A stretch of DNA of 64,000 nucleotides, from the NCBI GenBank assembly GCA_023129165.1, contig JAGMCL010000060.1:7776-71775 (forward strand), written 5' to 3'. This document shows, piece by piece, positions 39,237-49,818 of this stretch (its first letter is position 1; every line of letters starts with the position of its first letter). Both the position numbers and the translations under genes were made by a program. The notes beneath the pieces are model-generated. The model was not told the DNA's origin. It did no database searches and saw nothing but the letters and a program-made list of their open reading frames with translations. This stretch comes from a candidate division WOR-3 bacterium (GTDB lineage: Bacteria; Hydrothermota; UBA3073).

Positions 39237-40508
39237 ATGTTTTACATAGAAGAGCTCTGCAAATACGAGGGACAAGAAGTAACCATCAAGGGATGGATTT
39301 ACAACAGGCGTTCCAGTGGTAAGATTGTTTTTCTTCTCATAAGGGATGGCACCGGGATAGTACAGTCTGTGGTGTCAAAAAAAGATGTTCCAGATGATAT
39401 ATTCAGACTTTGCGATATGATACCATATGAATCCTCTGTCATAATTACAGGGATAGTAAATAAGGATTCGAGGGCTCCTGGTGGATATGAACTTCTATTT
39501 AAAAATATAAAAATCGTATCTCTTTCAGAGGAATATCCTATTTCACCCAAGGAGCATGGTATAGATTTTCTTCTGGAGCATAGACATCTCTGGATACGCT
39601 CAAAAAAACAGTTCGCAATTATGAAAATAAGGGCAATATGTATTAAGGCAATCTGCGATTATTTCGACTCAAGAGGATTCATAAGACTTGATGCACCGCT
39701 GCTCACTCCCTCTGCCTGCGAGGGTACAACAACTCTCTTTGAGATCCCCTACTTCGACAACAAGGCATATCTATCACAGTCTGGACAGTTATATAATGAG
39801 GCGGGGTGTATGGCTTTTGGTAGGGTCTATTGTTTCGGTCCCACCTTTAGAGCAGAAAAATCTAAGACAAGAAGGCATCTAACTGAGTTCTGGCAAGTTG
39901 AACCGGAGATGGCATGGGAAACACTGCAAGATGCAATGGGACGAGCAGAAGAGTTGGTAGAATACATCGTTGAGTGTGTTTTAAATAAGAATACCAGGGA
40001 ACTGGAGATACTTGATAGAAAAATAGAAGTGCTCAAAAAAATAAAAAGACCCTTCGAAAGAATAACCTATTCAAAGGCAGTTAAACTTCTTGATATTGAG
40101 TGGGGTGGTGATTTTGGTGCTCCAGATGAAACAAAGTTATCGAATATGTTTCATAAACCAATCTTTGTAACAGGTTATCCAAAAGGTGTAAAGGCATTCT
40201 ATATGAAGAGAGACCCCGAGGACGACAGGATCTCCCTGAGTTTTGACATGCTTGCACCTGAAGGATACGGAGAAATCATTGGTGGTGGTCAGAGGGAAGA
40301 CGACATCACTCAACTCAAGGAAAGGATAAAGGAATACAACCTACCAAAAGAGGAATATAAATGGTATCTTGATCTTAGAAGATATGGAACCTGTCCACAT
40401 TCTGGTTTTGGACTTGGAGTGGAAAGGACGGTAACATGGATATGTGGCATACATCATGTAAGGGAGACAATACCATTCCCACGAACCATAGATAGAATAT
40501 ACCCGTAG
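39237..40508 (+). CDS. asnS: Asparagine--tRNA ligase
   Basis: OB-fold GWIYNRRSSGK; AYLSQSGQLY; motif 2 FRAEKSKTRRHLTEFW; motif 3 PHSGFGLGVER. Confidence 0.92.
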   Translation: MFYIEELCKYEGQEVTIKGWIYNRRSSGKIVFLLIRDGTGIVQSVVSKKDVPDDIFRLCDMIPYESSVIITGIVNKDSRAPGGYELLFKNIKIVSLSEEYPISPKEHGIDFLLEHRHLWIRSKKQFAIMKIRAICIKAICDYFDSRGFIRLDAPLLTPSACEGTTTLFEIPYFDNKAYLSQSGQLYNEAGCMAFGRVYCFGPTFRAEKSKTRRHLTEFWQVEPEMAWETLQDAMGRAEELVEYIVECVLNKNTRELEILDRKIEVLKKIKRPFERITYSKAVKLLDIEWGGDFGAPDETKLSNMFHKPIFVTGYPKGVKAFYMKRDPEDDRISLSFDMLAPEGYGEIIGGGQREDDITQLKERIKEYNLPKEEYKWYLDLRRYGTCPHSGFGLGVERTVTWICGIHHVRETIPFPRTIDRIYP

Positions 40509-40509
40509 T

Positions 40510-40838
40510 AATTGAATATTGATGATTGACTATTGACGATTAAGGACAAGGAAAAAGGAAATTATTGCAAATTGAGAATTTACGATTGGGAACAAGTAAA
40601 AAGTGAAAAGTTAAAAGGCAAAAGTAAATTATTGTAAATTGCGTATTGATAGTTGAAAGCAATTGTCAATAGTCAATAGAAAATAGTAAATTAAAAGATG
40701 ATTAAGGACAAGGAAAAAGTAAAAGGTAATTATTGATTTAGACCCAAAAATTGAAGCCAATCGTAAATTGTAAATTAAAAAGGCACTTGCAATTGTAAAT
40801 AGTCAATAGAAAATAGTAAATTAATAGGCGATTGACCA
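40510..40838. repeat. Intergenic inverted arrays of short (about 7-bp) tandem units (ATTGACT/AGTCAAT type)
   Basis: CAATTGT.AATAGTCAATAGAAAATAGTAAATTAA occurs twice; similar cluster at about 57565-57695. Confidence 0.55.
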
Positions 40839-41732
40839 ATGACCAATATATCACTTATAGCATATATTGATAAATTCCTCTCGTTTCTAAAGAGCGAACG
40901 GGATGCGTCAAAGCATACTCTCAGGGCATATAGAAACGACCTTTCAGAATTTGAAGACTGGTTAAGTGAATTCTCAGATGTTACCGTTATAAAAAAGATT
41001 TCCCGAAGAAATGTAAGGGATTTTCTTGGCAGTCTTGGAAGATATGGTTATGAACGCACCTCTATATCGAGAAAAACTTCATCACTCAAGTCCTTCTTTA
41101 AGTTTCTTATGCGGGAGAATATAATAGAGTTAAACCCTGCCTTGAGTATAAGGTGTCCAAAAAAAAGACGTAATCTTCCCTCTTTTCTCTCAATAGAAGA
41201 AATGAATGAAATGCTGGGCAAAGAACTTTCAGAGCGCGATAGGGCAATCATTGAACTTATCTATGGTACGGGTATGAGGTCGAGTGAAATCTGTTCGTTG
41301 AATACAAATGATGTAAATTTTTTCAATGAAACAGTGAAGGTAAGGGGTAAGGGTAAAAAGGAAAGAATAATCCCCTTAACAAGGAAGGCTAAGAAAGCAC
41401 TTCGTGATTATCTTTCTCCTGCGAGAGATAAGAACACACCACTCTTTTTAAATAAATTCAGTAAGAGGCTTTCCCAAAGAAGTTTGCAAAGGATTGTCGG
41501 AGGGTATATAAGGTCTGTAGCAGATGTTACAAGGTCATCACCTCACACACTAAGGCACACATTTGCCACTCATTTGCTCGATAAGGGATGCGATTTGCGT
41601 ACGGTTCAGGAACTTCTTGGTCACTCATCTATATCTACAACACAGATATATACCCATCTCACACCTGAGACACTTAAGAGGGTATATAAACGTGCACATC
41701 CAAGAGCAGAATCGAAAAAGAATGATTACTGA
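40839..41732 (+). CDS. xerC: Tyrosine recombinase XerC/XerD family
   Basis: HTLRAYRNDL; ELIYGTGMRSSE; GKGKKER; PHTLRHTFATHLL...VQELLGHSSISTTQIYTH. Confidence 0.8.
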   Translation: MTNISLIAYIDKFLSFLKSERDASKHTLRAYRNDLSEFEDWLSEFSDVTVIKKISRRNVRDFLGSLGRYGYERTSISRKTSSLKSFFKFLMRENIIELNPALSIRCPKKRRNLPSFLSIEEMNEMLGKELSERDRAIIELIYGTGMRSSEICSLNTNDVNFFNETVKVRGKGKKERIIPLTRKAKKALRDYLSPARDKNTPLFLNKFSKRLSQRSLQRIVGGYIRSVADVTRSSPHTLRHTFATHLLDKGCDLRTVQELLGHSSISTTQIYTHLTPETLKRVYKRAHPRAESKKNDY

Positions 41733-41897
41733 TATCTGTCTTAAAAGGTAAAAATATAAGGAGTTATAGTCTTCAGACTATTAATGAAGATATTTAAATG
41801 AGATTGCTTCATCCGTCTAACGACGGACTCGCAATGACATGATTTGGGATATGTTGTTACAAGGAGGGAAGTTTAAAACAATCAAAAAATCTACATT

Positions 41898-42521
41898 ATG
41901 AAGGAGTATAAAGACATATTTATAAGAATTTTCCAGATTGTAATTCCTATCATTATTACAATCATTATACCTCTGTTAGCAAGAGGAAGCTTTAAGAGAA
42001 AATTGAAAAAAGCGAAGGAAAACCTTTTAGAATTAAGGAAACATATACCAGGTGATATTAATAAAACAGATAATGGTCTTCCCTACTTCAAGGGAAGATA
42101 TGGACATCATAACATTGAGATCTCATTCGAGCGAAAAAAGAATACACCTCACGCAGATATTCAGATAACCATGGGTCTTTCCTCGGGATTTCCTGTAAAG
42201 ATATATAACAGGAGAATTATGCCTCTTAAGGAAAGTATAAAAACAGGAGTCGCTCATATAGACAACCTTTATTCTGTTATCTCTTCAAGCTCTGAACAGG
42301 CAAAATCTCTAATCCTCTCAATATCAAGGGATGACATCGGGGCTTTAGACGATTTCCTTAGAGAGGGTATAGTAATAGATACTGAAAAAATCATCCTGCT
42401 CAAACGAAATGTTAACTCAAAAGATACAGAACCCCAGAAACTCCTGTCGGTCCTTGAAGTAACTTATAGGATTGCACGAGTCGTCGAAAGACTCGCCCCC
42501 CTGAAAACTAGTTTCTCATAG
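41898..42521 (+). CDS. Hypothetical membrane-anchored protein
   Basis: 207-aa ORF with one N-terminal TM. Confidence 0.55.
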   Translation: MKEYKDIFIRIFQIVIPIIITIIIPLLARGSFKRKLKKAKENLLELRKHIPGDINKTDNGLPYFKGRYGHHNIEISFERKKNTPHADIQITMGLSSGFPVKIYNRRIMPLKESIKTGVAHIDNLYSVISSSSEQAKSLILSISRDDIGALDDFLREGIVIDTEKIILLKRNVNSKDTEPQKLLSVLEVTYRIARVVERLAPLKTSFS

Positions 42522-42929
42522 GGTCGACATCTTGACCCTGTCACCCACTTTTATTCCATTTTGTTCAAACCAGCCCATTTCCACCTCAAGCGCATAGAGG
42601 ATTGGTACAGGAGGAAAATACAATCTGTTTTTATACTGTATGTCCATATCCTGGATTGATACTATCACACCCTGTCTATCTATGAATGCAATAGAGAGTG
42701 GTATATAGGTATCCCTCATACAAAACGGGTATCTATCATCCTTTTCAAATACAAAGAGCATACCACCATCTATTCTCTTCCTGTTCGATAATCCTTTACT
42801 CCTTTTATCAGGTGTGTCTGCAATCTCTACCATGATAGGCATACCACCAATATATATAAGACTCTTCTTGTTATTACATGCCAGAAGAAGAATGATAATG
42901 AGAATTGTGAATGATACAAGTCTATTCAT
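42516..42929 (-). CDS. DUF192 family lipoprotein
   Basis: VEIADTP..R.KGL..R...GMLFVF...M.DT.IPLSIAFID...YALEV..GWF....I.VGD. Confidence 0.85.
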   Translation of the reverse strand: MNRLVSFTILIIILLLACNNKKSLIYIGGMPIMVEIADTPDKRSKGLSNRKRIDGGMLFVFEKDDRYPFCMRDTYIPLSIAFIDRQGVIVSIQDMDIQYKNRLYFPPVPILYALEVEMGWFEQNGIKVGDRVKMSTL

Positions 42930-42992
42930 AATATATTTTATTCTACTCTTGACAATGAAGTAGGTATATCATCAAAAAAGGAGCTATTATAT

Positions 42993-43523
42993 CTACCCTA
43001 TCATTTTGATTGGTTTTATCAGCGCAACTACAACAAAAAGTATTATCTCCAGGGTAATATAAAGTGAATAAGGGATTTTATGTATCCTGAGGGGCCAGAA
43101 TATGGGTGTTATTCCCGTTGCCGAGTCCCTTATAATATGCGAAAGGAGTGAAATAAATATAAATATTGGTATATAGTTTCTAAATGGCAGAGGAAGTATG
43201 AACCACAATGTACAACACAAGAGCGCCGCAAATGTAACACTGTGAGTCACTGGTCTCAATGGAAGATTTATTACATCCTTTATTCTGATTGATCTTGCAG
43301 TCACAAAGTGGTCAAAATCAATAAGGAATGCCGCAAGAAATGCAATTATATAATCATAAACTTGTGAACATAGAGGAAGTAGTATCAGAAGAGAGATAAT
43401 ACCGTGAAGAAATGCATCAATTATTCCTGTTATTTCTCTTGAAAGAAAGTGAATCCTATCACCTATTATGAGAATGGCAATAAGCAGTATTAATCTTGCT
43501 ATGTGGTTCTCAATGTTCAGCAA
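42993..43523 (-). CDS. Membrane-bound metal-dependent hydrolase (YdjM-like)
   Basis: H...DFDH...RPVTHS...SHIIRD...G.PIFWP motifs. Confidence 0.7.
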   Translation of the reverse strand: MLNIENHIARLILLIAILIIGDRIHFLSREITGIIDAFLHGIISLLILLPLCSQVYDYIIAFLAAFLIDFDHFVTARSIRIKDVINLPLRPVTHSVTFAALLCCTLWFILPLPFRNYIPIFIFISLLSHIIRDSATGITPIFWPLRIHKIPYSLYITLEIILFVVVALIKPIKMIG

Positions 43524-43609
43524 TTATGAAAGAAAGTAGAAAATACACAAAAAAAATAGGTAATTGAGAATATATCTCACTAAAAACTCAAAATAGCAAT
43601 CAAGCCATT

Positions 43610-44800
43610 TTATAGTCTCCTCTCCACATATATCTCTTCTTCAAGTCTTGAGAGAAGATAGTTTAGTTTTTCTATTGTCTTTCTCTGTGATAGAAGATTC
43701 TTTAAGTCTTCCTTTACTTCCTCAAAACTGGGATGTCTTGATTCCTTTTTATCATAAATCTTAGCCACATAAATACCATCCTCATGCTCAATAATTTTGG
43801 TTTCACCACCTATTGGAATATCTTCAAAGAAAGGGGGTATGGGAAGATAACCACTGCCATCAGATATAGTTATTATTCTTTCATCCCTCTCTGGAACCTT
43901 ACCCAATTCAATTGAATCTTTTATCTGTGAAGCAAATGACAGCACTCTCAACGAATCCTCTTTTGTGGGGGTAAGTATGAAAATAATACTCCTTAGTGAT
44001 ACACGATTTCCCATCTTCATATCACAACGTAGAAGGTGTACTGCACCCAAGGTCTGTATCAATCTTATTTCACCCGCGCTCATATTTTCTATTTCCTGTC
44101 TGAATAAAGGATCAAGGTCATCTATATCTACAGTTCCAAGACTACCCCCACGCTGCCTTGTAATTGGATCTTCGGAGTAAGTCATTGCAAGTTCACTGAA
44201 ATCCTCGCCAGCAAGAATTTTACTGTTAACCTTTTCTATAAGAACTTCCTTTTCCTTTAATGTTTTCTCACCTGGTATTATCGGTAAAAACACACTGGAA
44301 TATCTTGCAACTGTCGGGATATCTGGGATTGATTCAGGATAGGTCTCATAATAGTGCAGTGCTGTTATGTCTGAAGTAGATAATATGCCAAATTTCTTCT
44401 GAATAAGTGCCCTTACTATTAGATTGCTCTCTACATCGTCCCTGTAATATTCCCTAAGAACATCTTCTGTTATGCCTAGCCTCTGTAACTCTGAATAAAA
44501 AGCATCAGGAGATGGAAAATTCTCCTTAAGGGAATTAATAGTATTTGATAATGCATCCTCAACTGCCTGGTCGCTAACTGATAGTGTCTCCTCCTCAGCA
44601 GCGATAAGAAGAAGCTTTGTCTGAATGATACTCTCGAGCATCTGCTCTTTTGATTCCTGTGTAACAGGTAACCCTGTCAAATTCAGTTTTTGCTCTATCT
44701 CGCTCAATGTTATCGCCTCTTTATCTACCACTCCAATTATTCTATCTGTTTTGGAAAACAGAATGGCCGGAATGATTAGTATGATTAAATATCTCCACAT
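43610..44800 (-). CDS. SurA-like chaperone / parvulin PPIase
   Basis: DRIIGVVDKEAITLSE N-domain; GEDFSELAMTYSED...GGSLG. Confidence 0.8.
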   Translation of the reverse strand: MWRYLIILIIPAILFSKTDRIIGVVDKEAITLSEIEQKLNLTGLPVTQESKEQMLESIIQTKLLLIAAEEETLSVSDQAVEDALSNTINSLKENFPSPDAFYSELQRLGITEDVLREYYRDDVESNLIVRALIQKKFGILSTSDITALHYYETYPESIPDIPTVARYSSVFLPIIPGEKTLKEKEVLIEKVNSKILAGEDFSELAMTYSEDPITRQRGGSLGTVDIDDLDPLFRQEIENMSAGEIRLIQTLGAVHLLRCDMKMGNRVSLRSIIFILTPTKEDSLRVLSFASQIKDSIELGKVPERDERIITISDGSGYLPIPPFFEDIPIGGETKIIEHEDGIYVAKIYDKKESRHPSFEEVKEDLKNLLSQRKTIEKLNYLLSRLEEEIYVERRL

Positions 44801-45167
44801 AATCGGACACGGTAATCTCATCCTACGCATCTGTCATTGCGAGCGAATGCAATGAGCGTGGCAATCTCATCCTTTAAATTCTTGACTTCCTTAACAGTCT
44901 AAAGACTGTCACCCCTGTTTAGTTTCTTTAGACTCCAACAGATGGGATTGCTTCGCCTGCCTGCCGGCAGGCAGGTCGTCCGTCAATCGACGGACTCCTC
45001 GCAATGACAGAAATCAATTCCTGTCGTTTGCAATATTAGCACGGCAATCTAATTAATCTTTGTAATACTATTTCAATTGAATTTATTATCTCACCTAATA
45101 TTCTCTGTTTCACAATTCTCATGTCTAAAAACAAGCAGACATCTGGTAAGTAATGCACAACCTGAGA

Positions 45168-45980
45168 TTATTTTATAAGCTCGTAATATACTTCTACGGG
45201 AATCTCTTCTCTAAGTTGTTTAACAAGCGAGTCAACAACAGCTATCTGTTTCGCCATTAGTAACTGGTTTTTTATACCCTCTTTTATGTTCTCAAATTTA
45301 GGTGGATTACTCAACCTTTTCCTTCCAAGGAGCTTTATAATATGAAAACCCCGTTCAGTCTGTATTATATCCGATATATCACCTATTTCTCTAAGCGAGA
45401 ATGCAGCATCATCAAAACCAGTGAGTGCAATATCACCGAGTTTTACATATCCAATAACTCCTCCATCGGCTCCGGAGTTATCTATTGAATATTCCCTTGC
45501 TATCTTACTAAAATCAGCACCTTCATCTATTCTTTTCTTCAACTCTATTGCATCAAGTTTTGTGCTTGAAACTATGTGTGCCACCTTTATCTCATTATCG
45601 AATGCCTGTCTATTAAACTCGTAGAAATCCTTTACATCAATGTCACTCACAGATATTTTGTCATATGTATTTTGGTTCAACCAGTAGTTTATAACAATCT
45701 GTTTCTTCAATTGTTCAATCTGGTCGGCTATTTCACTATTCTCCAGTGTGCCTTCACTTATAGCCTTCTCATAAACAAGCTCTGTACCTATCCAATTCTC
45801 AATAAGGCTTATTTTATCTTCATGCGAGATAGTTGCTAGATATTCAACTGGTAAAGCAGACTCAAATTTTTCAAGAGTAAGCGTAGTCTTACCCACTCTG
45901 GCTATTACCGTTCCCTCTTCCTTTTTGCATCCCAGAAATAATATGATAAATATGGTAACAATCAGTGATAATTTTTTCAC
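45168..45980 (-). CDS. Parvulin-type PPIase lipoprotein
   Basis: Lipobox FLGC; AHIV...GADFSKIAREYSID...GG.IG...IIQTERGFHIIK. Confidence 0.85.
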   Translation of the reverse strand: MKKLSLIVTIFIILFLGCKKEEGTVIARVGKTTLTLEKFESALPVEYLATISHEDKISLIENWIGTELVYEKAISEGTLENSEIADQIEQLKKQIVINYWLNQNTYDKISVSDIDVKDFYEFNRQAFDNEIKVAHIVSSTKLDAIELKKRIDEGADFSKIAREYSIDNSGADGGVIGYVKLGDIALTGFDDAAFSLREIGDISDIIQTERGFHIIKLLGRKRLSNPPKFENIKEGIKNQLLMAKQIAVVDSLVKQLREEIPVEVYYELIK

Positions 45981-46016
45981 GATACCTCCGTTGTGTACTT
46001 GATTAAACTACAAATT

Positions 46017-47603
46017 TTAAGTTACCGGGATTTCAGCCTTATGCTCTTTTATATCTACAGTAAATTTTTTCCTTAGCTGCTCAATAAGTTGATCTTTAAT
46101 ATTCTGTCTTGCCTGAGTTTTAAGTTCGCTTATTACCTGTCTTCTCACCTCATCCAGAGGTTTGGTCCTCTCCTTTTTCCTGTCTTCGACGATTAATATA
46201 CACCATCCTGAAGAGATGTGAAACGGTGTTGTAATCTTATTAAGTGTAGTTGTAAATACCTTCTGGTCAAGTTCTTTATGTTGTTCCTTTCTTATCCATC
46301 CAAGACTACCACCCCTTGCACTTGATTGGTGGATGGAAACCTCCTTAGCTACCTGGGCAAACTCTTCTCCCCTCATTAATCTTTCTCGTGTCTCTTTTGC
46401 CTCCTCTTCTGTTTTACATTCTATTATTTTCACCTTTGCCCTTGCAATATCCCTATATTTCACTATGTTATCCTTGTAGTAGGATTCAATTTCAGAGTCT
46501 GTAGGCTCTGGAACTATTTTCTCTATTTCATTTTGATTGTATTTCCTTAGCACAACACTCATTCTTCTCTTTTCAATATCTTTCTTTATCTCTGGAGCTG
46601 TATGTATTCTATGTCTTTTTGCTTCAATAGGTAGTAATATTTCATACACAAGGTAGTTGGCTAAGAATGTTTTTATGTTTTCAGGATTATCAAATGGTGG
46701 TCTTCGCCTTGTTTCAACTATCTTTATGAATTCTTCAATGCTTATGTTTTTTGCACCTGATTTAAGAACTATACTTTTCGGGTCAAGAGCTGAAATATCT
46801 GGTAATCCAGATCTGTCTATCGATTGTGAAATATCCTTTACAACCATATCATCAAATTTAATGTCTGCAAGTCCCTTCATGTGTTCCAGGAACTCCATAG
46901 CAATCCTTCTCTCCTCCTCTCTCTTAAGTTCTTGCTCTATTCTGTCCATTTCTTCCCTTGTGAGTGTACCCTCCTTAAATCTTATATCTTCTGCCATGAC
47001 GATAAACCAATTTCCTCTGGATTCGAAGGGAGAAGAAAACTTACTCTTTCCAAGAGAAAGAATAGACTCGAGTAAATCTGGTTCTATCTCTGCTCTATAA
47101 TCTACCCATCCAAGATCCCCACCTTTTGATGCAGTCGACCTGTCTTCAGACTTTTCCCTTGCAAGTTCAACAAAATTATCACCTATGACTAATCTTCTGT
47201 ATATTTGCTTTGCATTGTCCATGTCACTTACGGATATCTTTCTTGCCCTCACTTCTTTTTGCATCTTATTCCACCGATTCTTGATTGTGTATGGATGTAT
47301 CTTTATTCTATCCAATACAGCTATCTTATATAGGTTGCGTACAAGTAATTGATTTGAAGCATTATTCAATTCATCCTGTACTAATTCCACATATCCCTTG
47401 TCCAGTGCATCGTTGTACACTAGCGCTTCTTCTATTAAATCCTTCACAGCATCCTCTCTCGACATACCCCTTATCATCCTTTCTGTAACAGCATCCTCAT
47501 CTATAATGATATTACCAACCTTTGCAACCCAATCTTGTCTGGCACAACCAGCAAGAATAAATACTATAGTAAATGCTATAGTAAGCGCTGTCCATCTTTT
47601 CAT
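46017..47603 (-). CDS. Parvulin-type PPIase lipoprotein with two rotamase domains
   Basis: Lipobox LAGC; two F..LA.E.S....A.KGG.LGW modules; GGAGG RBS. Confidence 0.85.
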   Translation of the reverse strand: MKRWTALTIAFTIVFILAGCARQDWVAKVGNIIIDEDAVTERMIRGMSREDAVKDLIEEALVYNDALDKGYVELVQDELNNASNQLLVRNLYKIAVLDRIKIHPYTIKNRWNKMQKEVRARKISVSDMDNAKQIYRRLVIGDNFVELAREKSEDRSTASKGGDLGWVDYRAEIEPDLLESILSLGKSKFSSPFESRGNWFIVMAEDIRFKEGTLTREEMDRIEQELKREEERRIAMEFLEHMKGLADIKFDDMVVKDISQSIDRSGLPDISALDPKSIVLKSGAKNISIEEFIKIVETRRRPPFDNPENIKTFLANYLVYEILLPIEAKRHRIHTAPEIKKDIEKRRMSVVLRKYNQNEIEKIVPEPTDSEIESYYKDNIVKYRDIARAKVKIIECKTEEEAKETRERLMRGEEFAQVAKEVSIHQSSARGGSLGWIRKEQHKELDQKVFTTTLNKITTPFHISSGWCILIVEDRKKERTKPLDEVRRQVISELKTQARQNIKDQLIEQLRKKFTVDIKEHKAEIPVT

Positions 47604-48083
47604 ACCTCCCCCTTTCCAAGATAATAGTATTGTCAAAAATCTAACCACAGAGAGCACAGAGGAATATAGAATAATAAAGAATCGCAGGAAATTTTCATCC
47701 CTCCCCTCTGTGACCTCTTTATCCGTCTATCGTCGGACAGGTAAAACTAATCTCTTTACTTAATATTTTATCGCCATTCTGTTATTTTTAGACGCTGATT
47801 TACACTGATTGTTTTTTACTTCAAAGTTTTTTATTTATCTGTGAACCAAAGGTCGCCGTTAGGCAACATCTGTGATTATCTGTGGTTAATTTTAGTCTTT
47901 TGGGGAGAGCACAGAGAACTAAATTTACTCTGTGACCTCTGTGGTTTGTCATATTCAATTTGATACTACTAAGATAATATCTAGATTTCTTAAAATACAC
48001 TCTTTTGAATTTGGTGATAATTATAACACAAAAGGGTAAAAATGTCAAGAAAAATTGTTACCTTTAAATTCTAACCATACTCC

Positions 48084-48542
48084 TTACTCTAATACGATTC
48101 TTACGATAGACTCGGATACCTTTTCTGCCAGGGATTGGATTCCATCATCCTCTGTAAGAGAACTTTCATATGTTATCCATTCCCGTAATGTTTTCTCCCA
48201 TATACCTTCACCATTACCCTTTTGAAAAGAAAGGCTCAACTCAACATCTATTCTATAATCTTTGATGTTTTCGTTCTCATCATATGTAAAGGGTTGGTTT
48301 ACGTAATTTGTAATATCTACACTTAGGACAGTCTCTCCACCACTCTCCACAAGTTTTATTCTCCCATCTCTAATAAATTCGTCTATAGTATTCTGATAAA
48401 AGATATCCTCCAGTCCATACCGTATTGTCTGATTATTGAATTGCACAATTGTTATACTATCATACTCAACAACGGTAAAACCCCTGAAGCTATATATACA
48501 ACCACTCAACAAAATAGGAAGTATGAACAAAAGTCTTTTCAT
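48084..48542 (-). CDS. LptE-like lipoprotein
   Basis: LSGCIYSF lipobox; I..F.NQT...GLE; FCB-type LptE pattern. Confidence 0.7.
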   Translation of the reverse strand: MKRLLFILPILLSGCIYSFRGFTVVEYDSITIVQFNNQTIRYGLEDIFYQNTIDEFIRDGRIKLVESGGETVLSVDITNYVNQPFTYDENENIKDYRIDVELSLSFQKGNGEGIWEKTLREWITYESSLTEDDGIQSLAEKVSESIVRIVLE

Positions 48543-48561
48543 TTGATTTATTTCCAAGTTC

Positions 48562-49737
48562 TTAAATATCGTTGTCTTGATTTTTTTTTAATATTTCCTT
48601 TACATAATTCATCTCATCTTCCTTACTAGAAAGGGAGCTACTAAGTCTTTTTCGTTTAACAGAACGTAGTATTTCACCTATTTCCTTTCCATTACTGATA
48701 CCCATTCCCCTGATATCATTTCCTGTTATCTCTAATCTTACAGGCTCTATCTCTTCCAAATATAAAGATATCTTCTCTCTTATGGACATCTTTACTCCGA
48801 TATAGATGAGTGAAGGATGCGGAAATCCCTCAAGTATCGTAAATATATCTTCCCTTTTTTCCTTCTTTTTAAGGCAGGGAATTTTCTTATAAAGGATTTC
48901 AATTGAATTAAGGAATTTTGTCTCTTTCTTTGTTAGAAAATTCCTATTCTTGCCACCATCAGCAAAAGCAATAAAATAAAGTGACTCTGGCTCAATCATA
49001 AATTTTATTGCAAACTCCTCAAGTTCCTGCAGAAAATTCCTTCCGGGATATACCATTCCCAGTTGTTTAAAAATACCAAGCTTTGCTATTCTATTAAGAA
49101 GATCCCATCTCTTCTTCTCCATGAGACAGAGTGTAAGCTCGTTTCTTATTCTCGCTGTGGAGACCTTTGAAAGAAATCCCTTCTCTATTGCCTCCTCTAT
49201 AAGAGACATTGTTATCTTTTCTATCTGAAAATCCATTCTCTCGGCAAATCTCAATGCGCGGAATATCCTTGTGGGGTCTTCTGAAAAACTCTTACCATGC
49301 AATACCCTGATCAATCTTTTTTTAAGGTCATTCAATCCATTAAATAGGTCAATTACTGTATCCGTTCCTATAGGTACAGCCATGCTGTTTACTGTAAAAT
49401 CTCTCCTTGAAAGATCTTCAAGTATACCTCCTGGCTCAACCAAAGGAAGTGTGCCTGGTGATGGATATTGTTCACTCCTTGCAGTAGCAATGTCTATTCT
49501 GTAAGCGGATGCGAAGAGAATATAAGTTCCAAATTGAGAGGTCCTTTTTATGCCTACTCCCAACCTATTGCTCAATAGCTCTGCAACCCTCTTTGCATTT
49601 CCTTCAACTGTTACATCTATATCCTTGTTATCTATACCAAGGATCTTATCCCTTACATATCCACCTACCAGATATGTTCCTATACCTTCTTCTCTAACTA
49701 TATCTCTCAGTAGATTTATTATGTCCATCTTTCCCAT
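48562..49737 (-). CDS. CCA-adding/poly(A) polymerase family tRNA nucleotidyltransferase
   Basis: LVGGYVRD, DIDV, DIATAR.E.Y, DLSRRDFTVN, EDPTRIFRALRF. Confidence 0.9.
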   Translation of the reverse strand: MGKMDIINLLRDIVREEGIGTYLVGGYVRDKILGIDNKDIDVTVEGNAKRVAELLSNRLGVGIKRTSQFGTYILFASAYRIDIATARSEQYPSPGTLPLVEPGGILEDLSRRDFTVNSMAVPIGTDTVIDLFNGLNDLKKRLIRVLHGKSFSEDPTRIFRALRFAERMDFQIEKITMSLIEEAIEKGFLSKVSTARIRNELTLCLMEKKRWDLLNRIAKLGIFKQLGMVYPGRNFLQELEEFAIKFMIEPESLYFIAFADGGKNRNFLTKKETKFLNSIEILYKKIPCLKKKEKREDIFTILEGFPHPSLIYIGVKMSIREKISLYLEEIEPVRLEITGNDIRGMGISNGKEIGEILRSVKRKRLSSSLSSKEDEMNYVKEILKKNQDNDI

Positions 49738-49743
49738 TATATT

Positions 49744-49810
49744 ATTTTAACACATTTTTTACAAAAATGCAAACTTTTTTATTGACAAAATACTATTTTT
49801 CTGTTATTAT
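49744..49810. promoter_or_regulatory. Back-to-back sigma70 promoters, both apparently leaderless
   Basis: Minus TTGCAT-17-TAAAAT, 6 nt before ATG 49737; plus TTGACA-17-TATTAT, 8 nt before ATG 49819. Confidence 0.6.
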
Positions 49811-49818
49811 TATAGCAC

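Noticed and set aside
40839-41732. Tyrosine recombinase as the integron integrase of the array
   Set aside because: It has the XerC/D-type GKGKKER motif, lacks the IntI-specific insertion, lies 17 kb away and sits among housekeeping genes.
43610-47603. Three tandem PPIases as a novel system
   Set aside because: Clusters of SurA/parvulin genes are common in FCB-group genomes.
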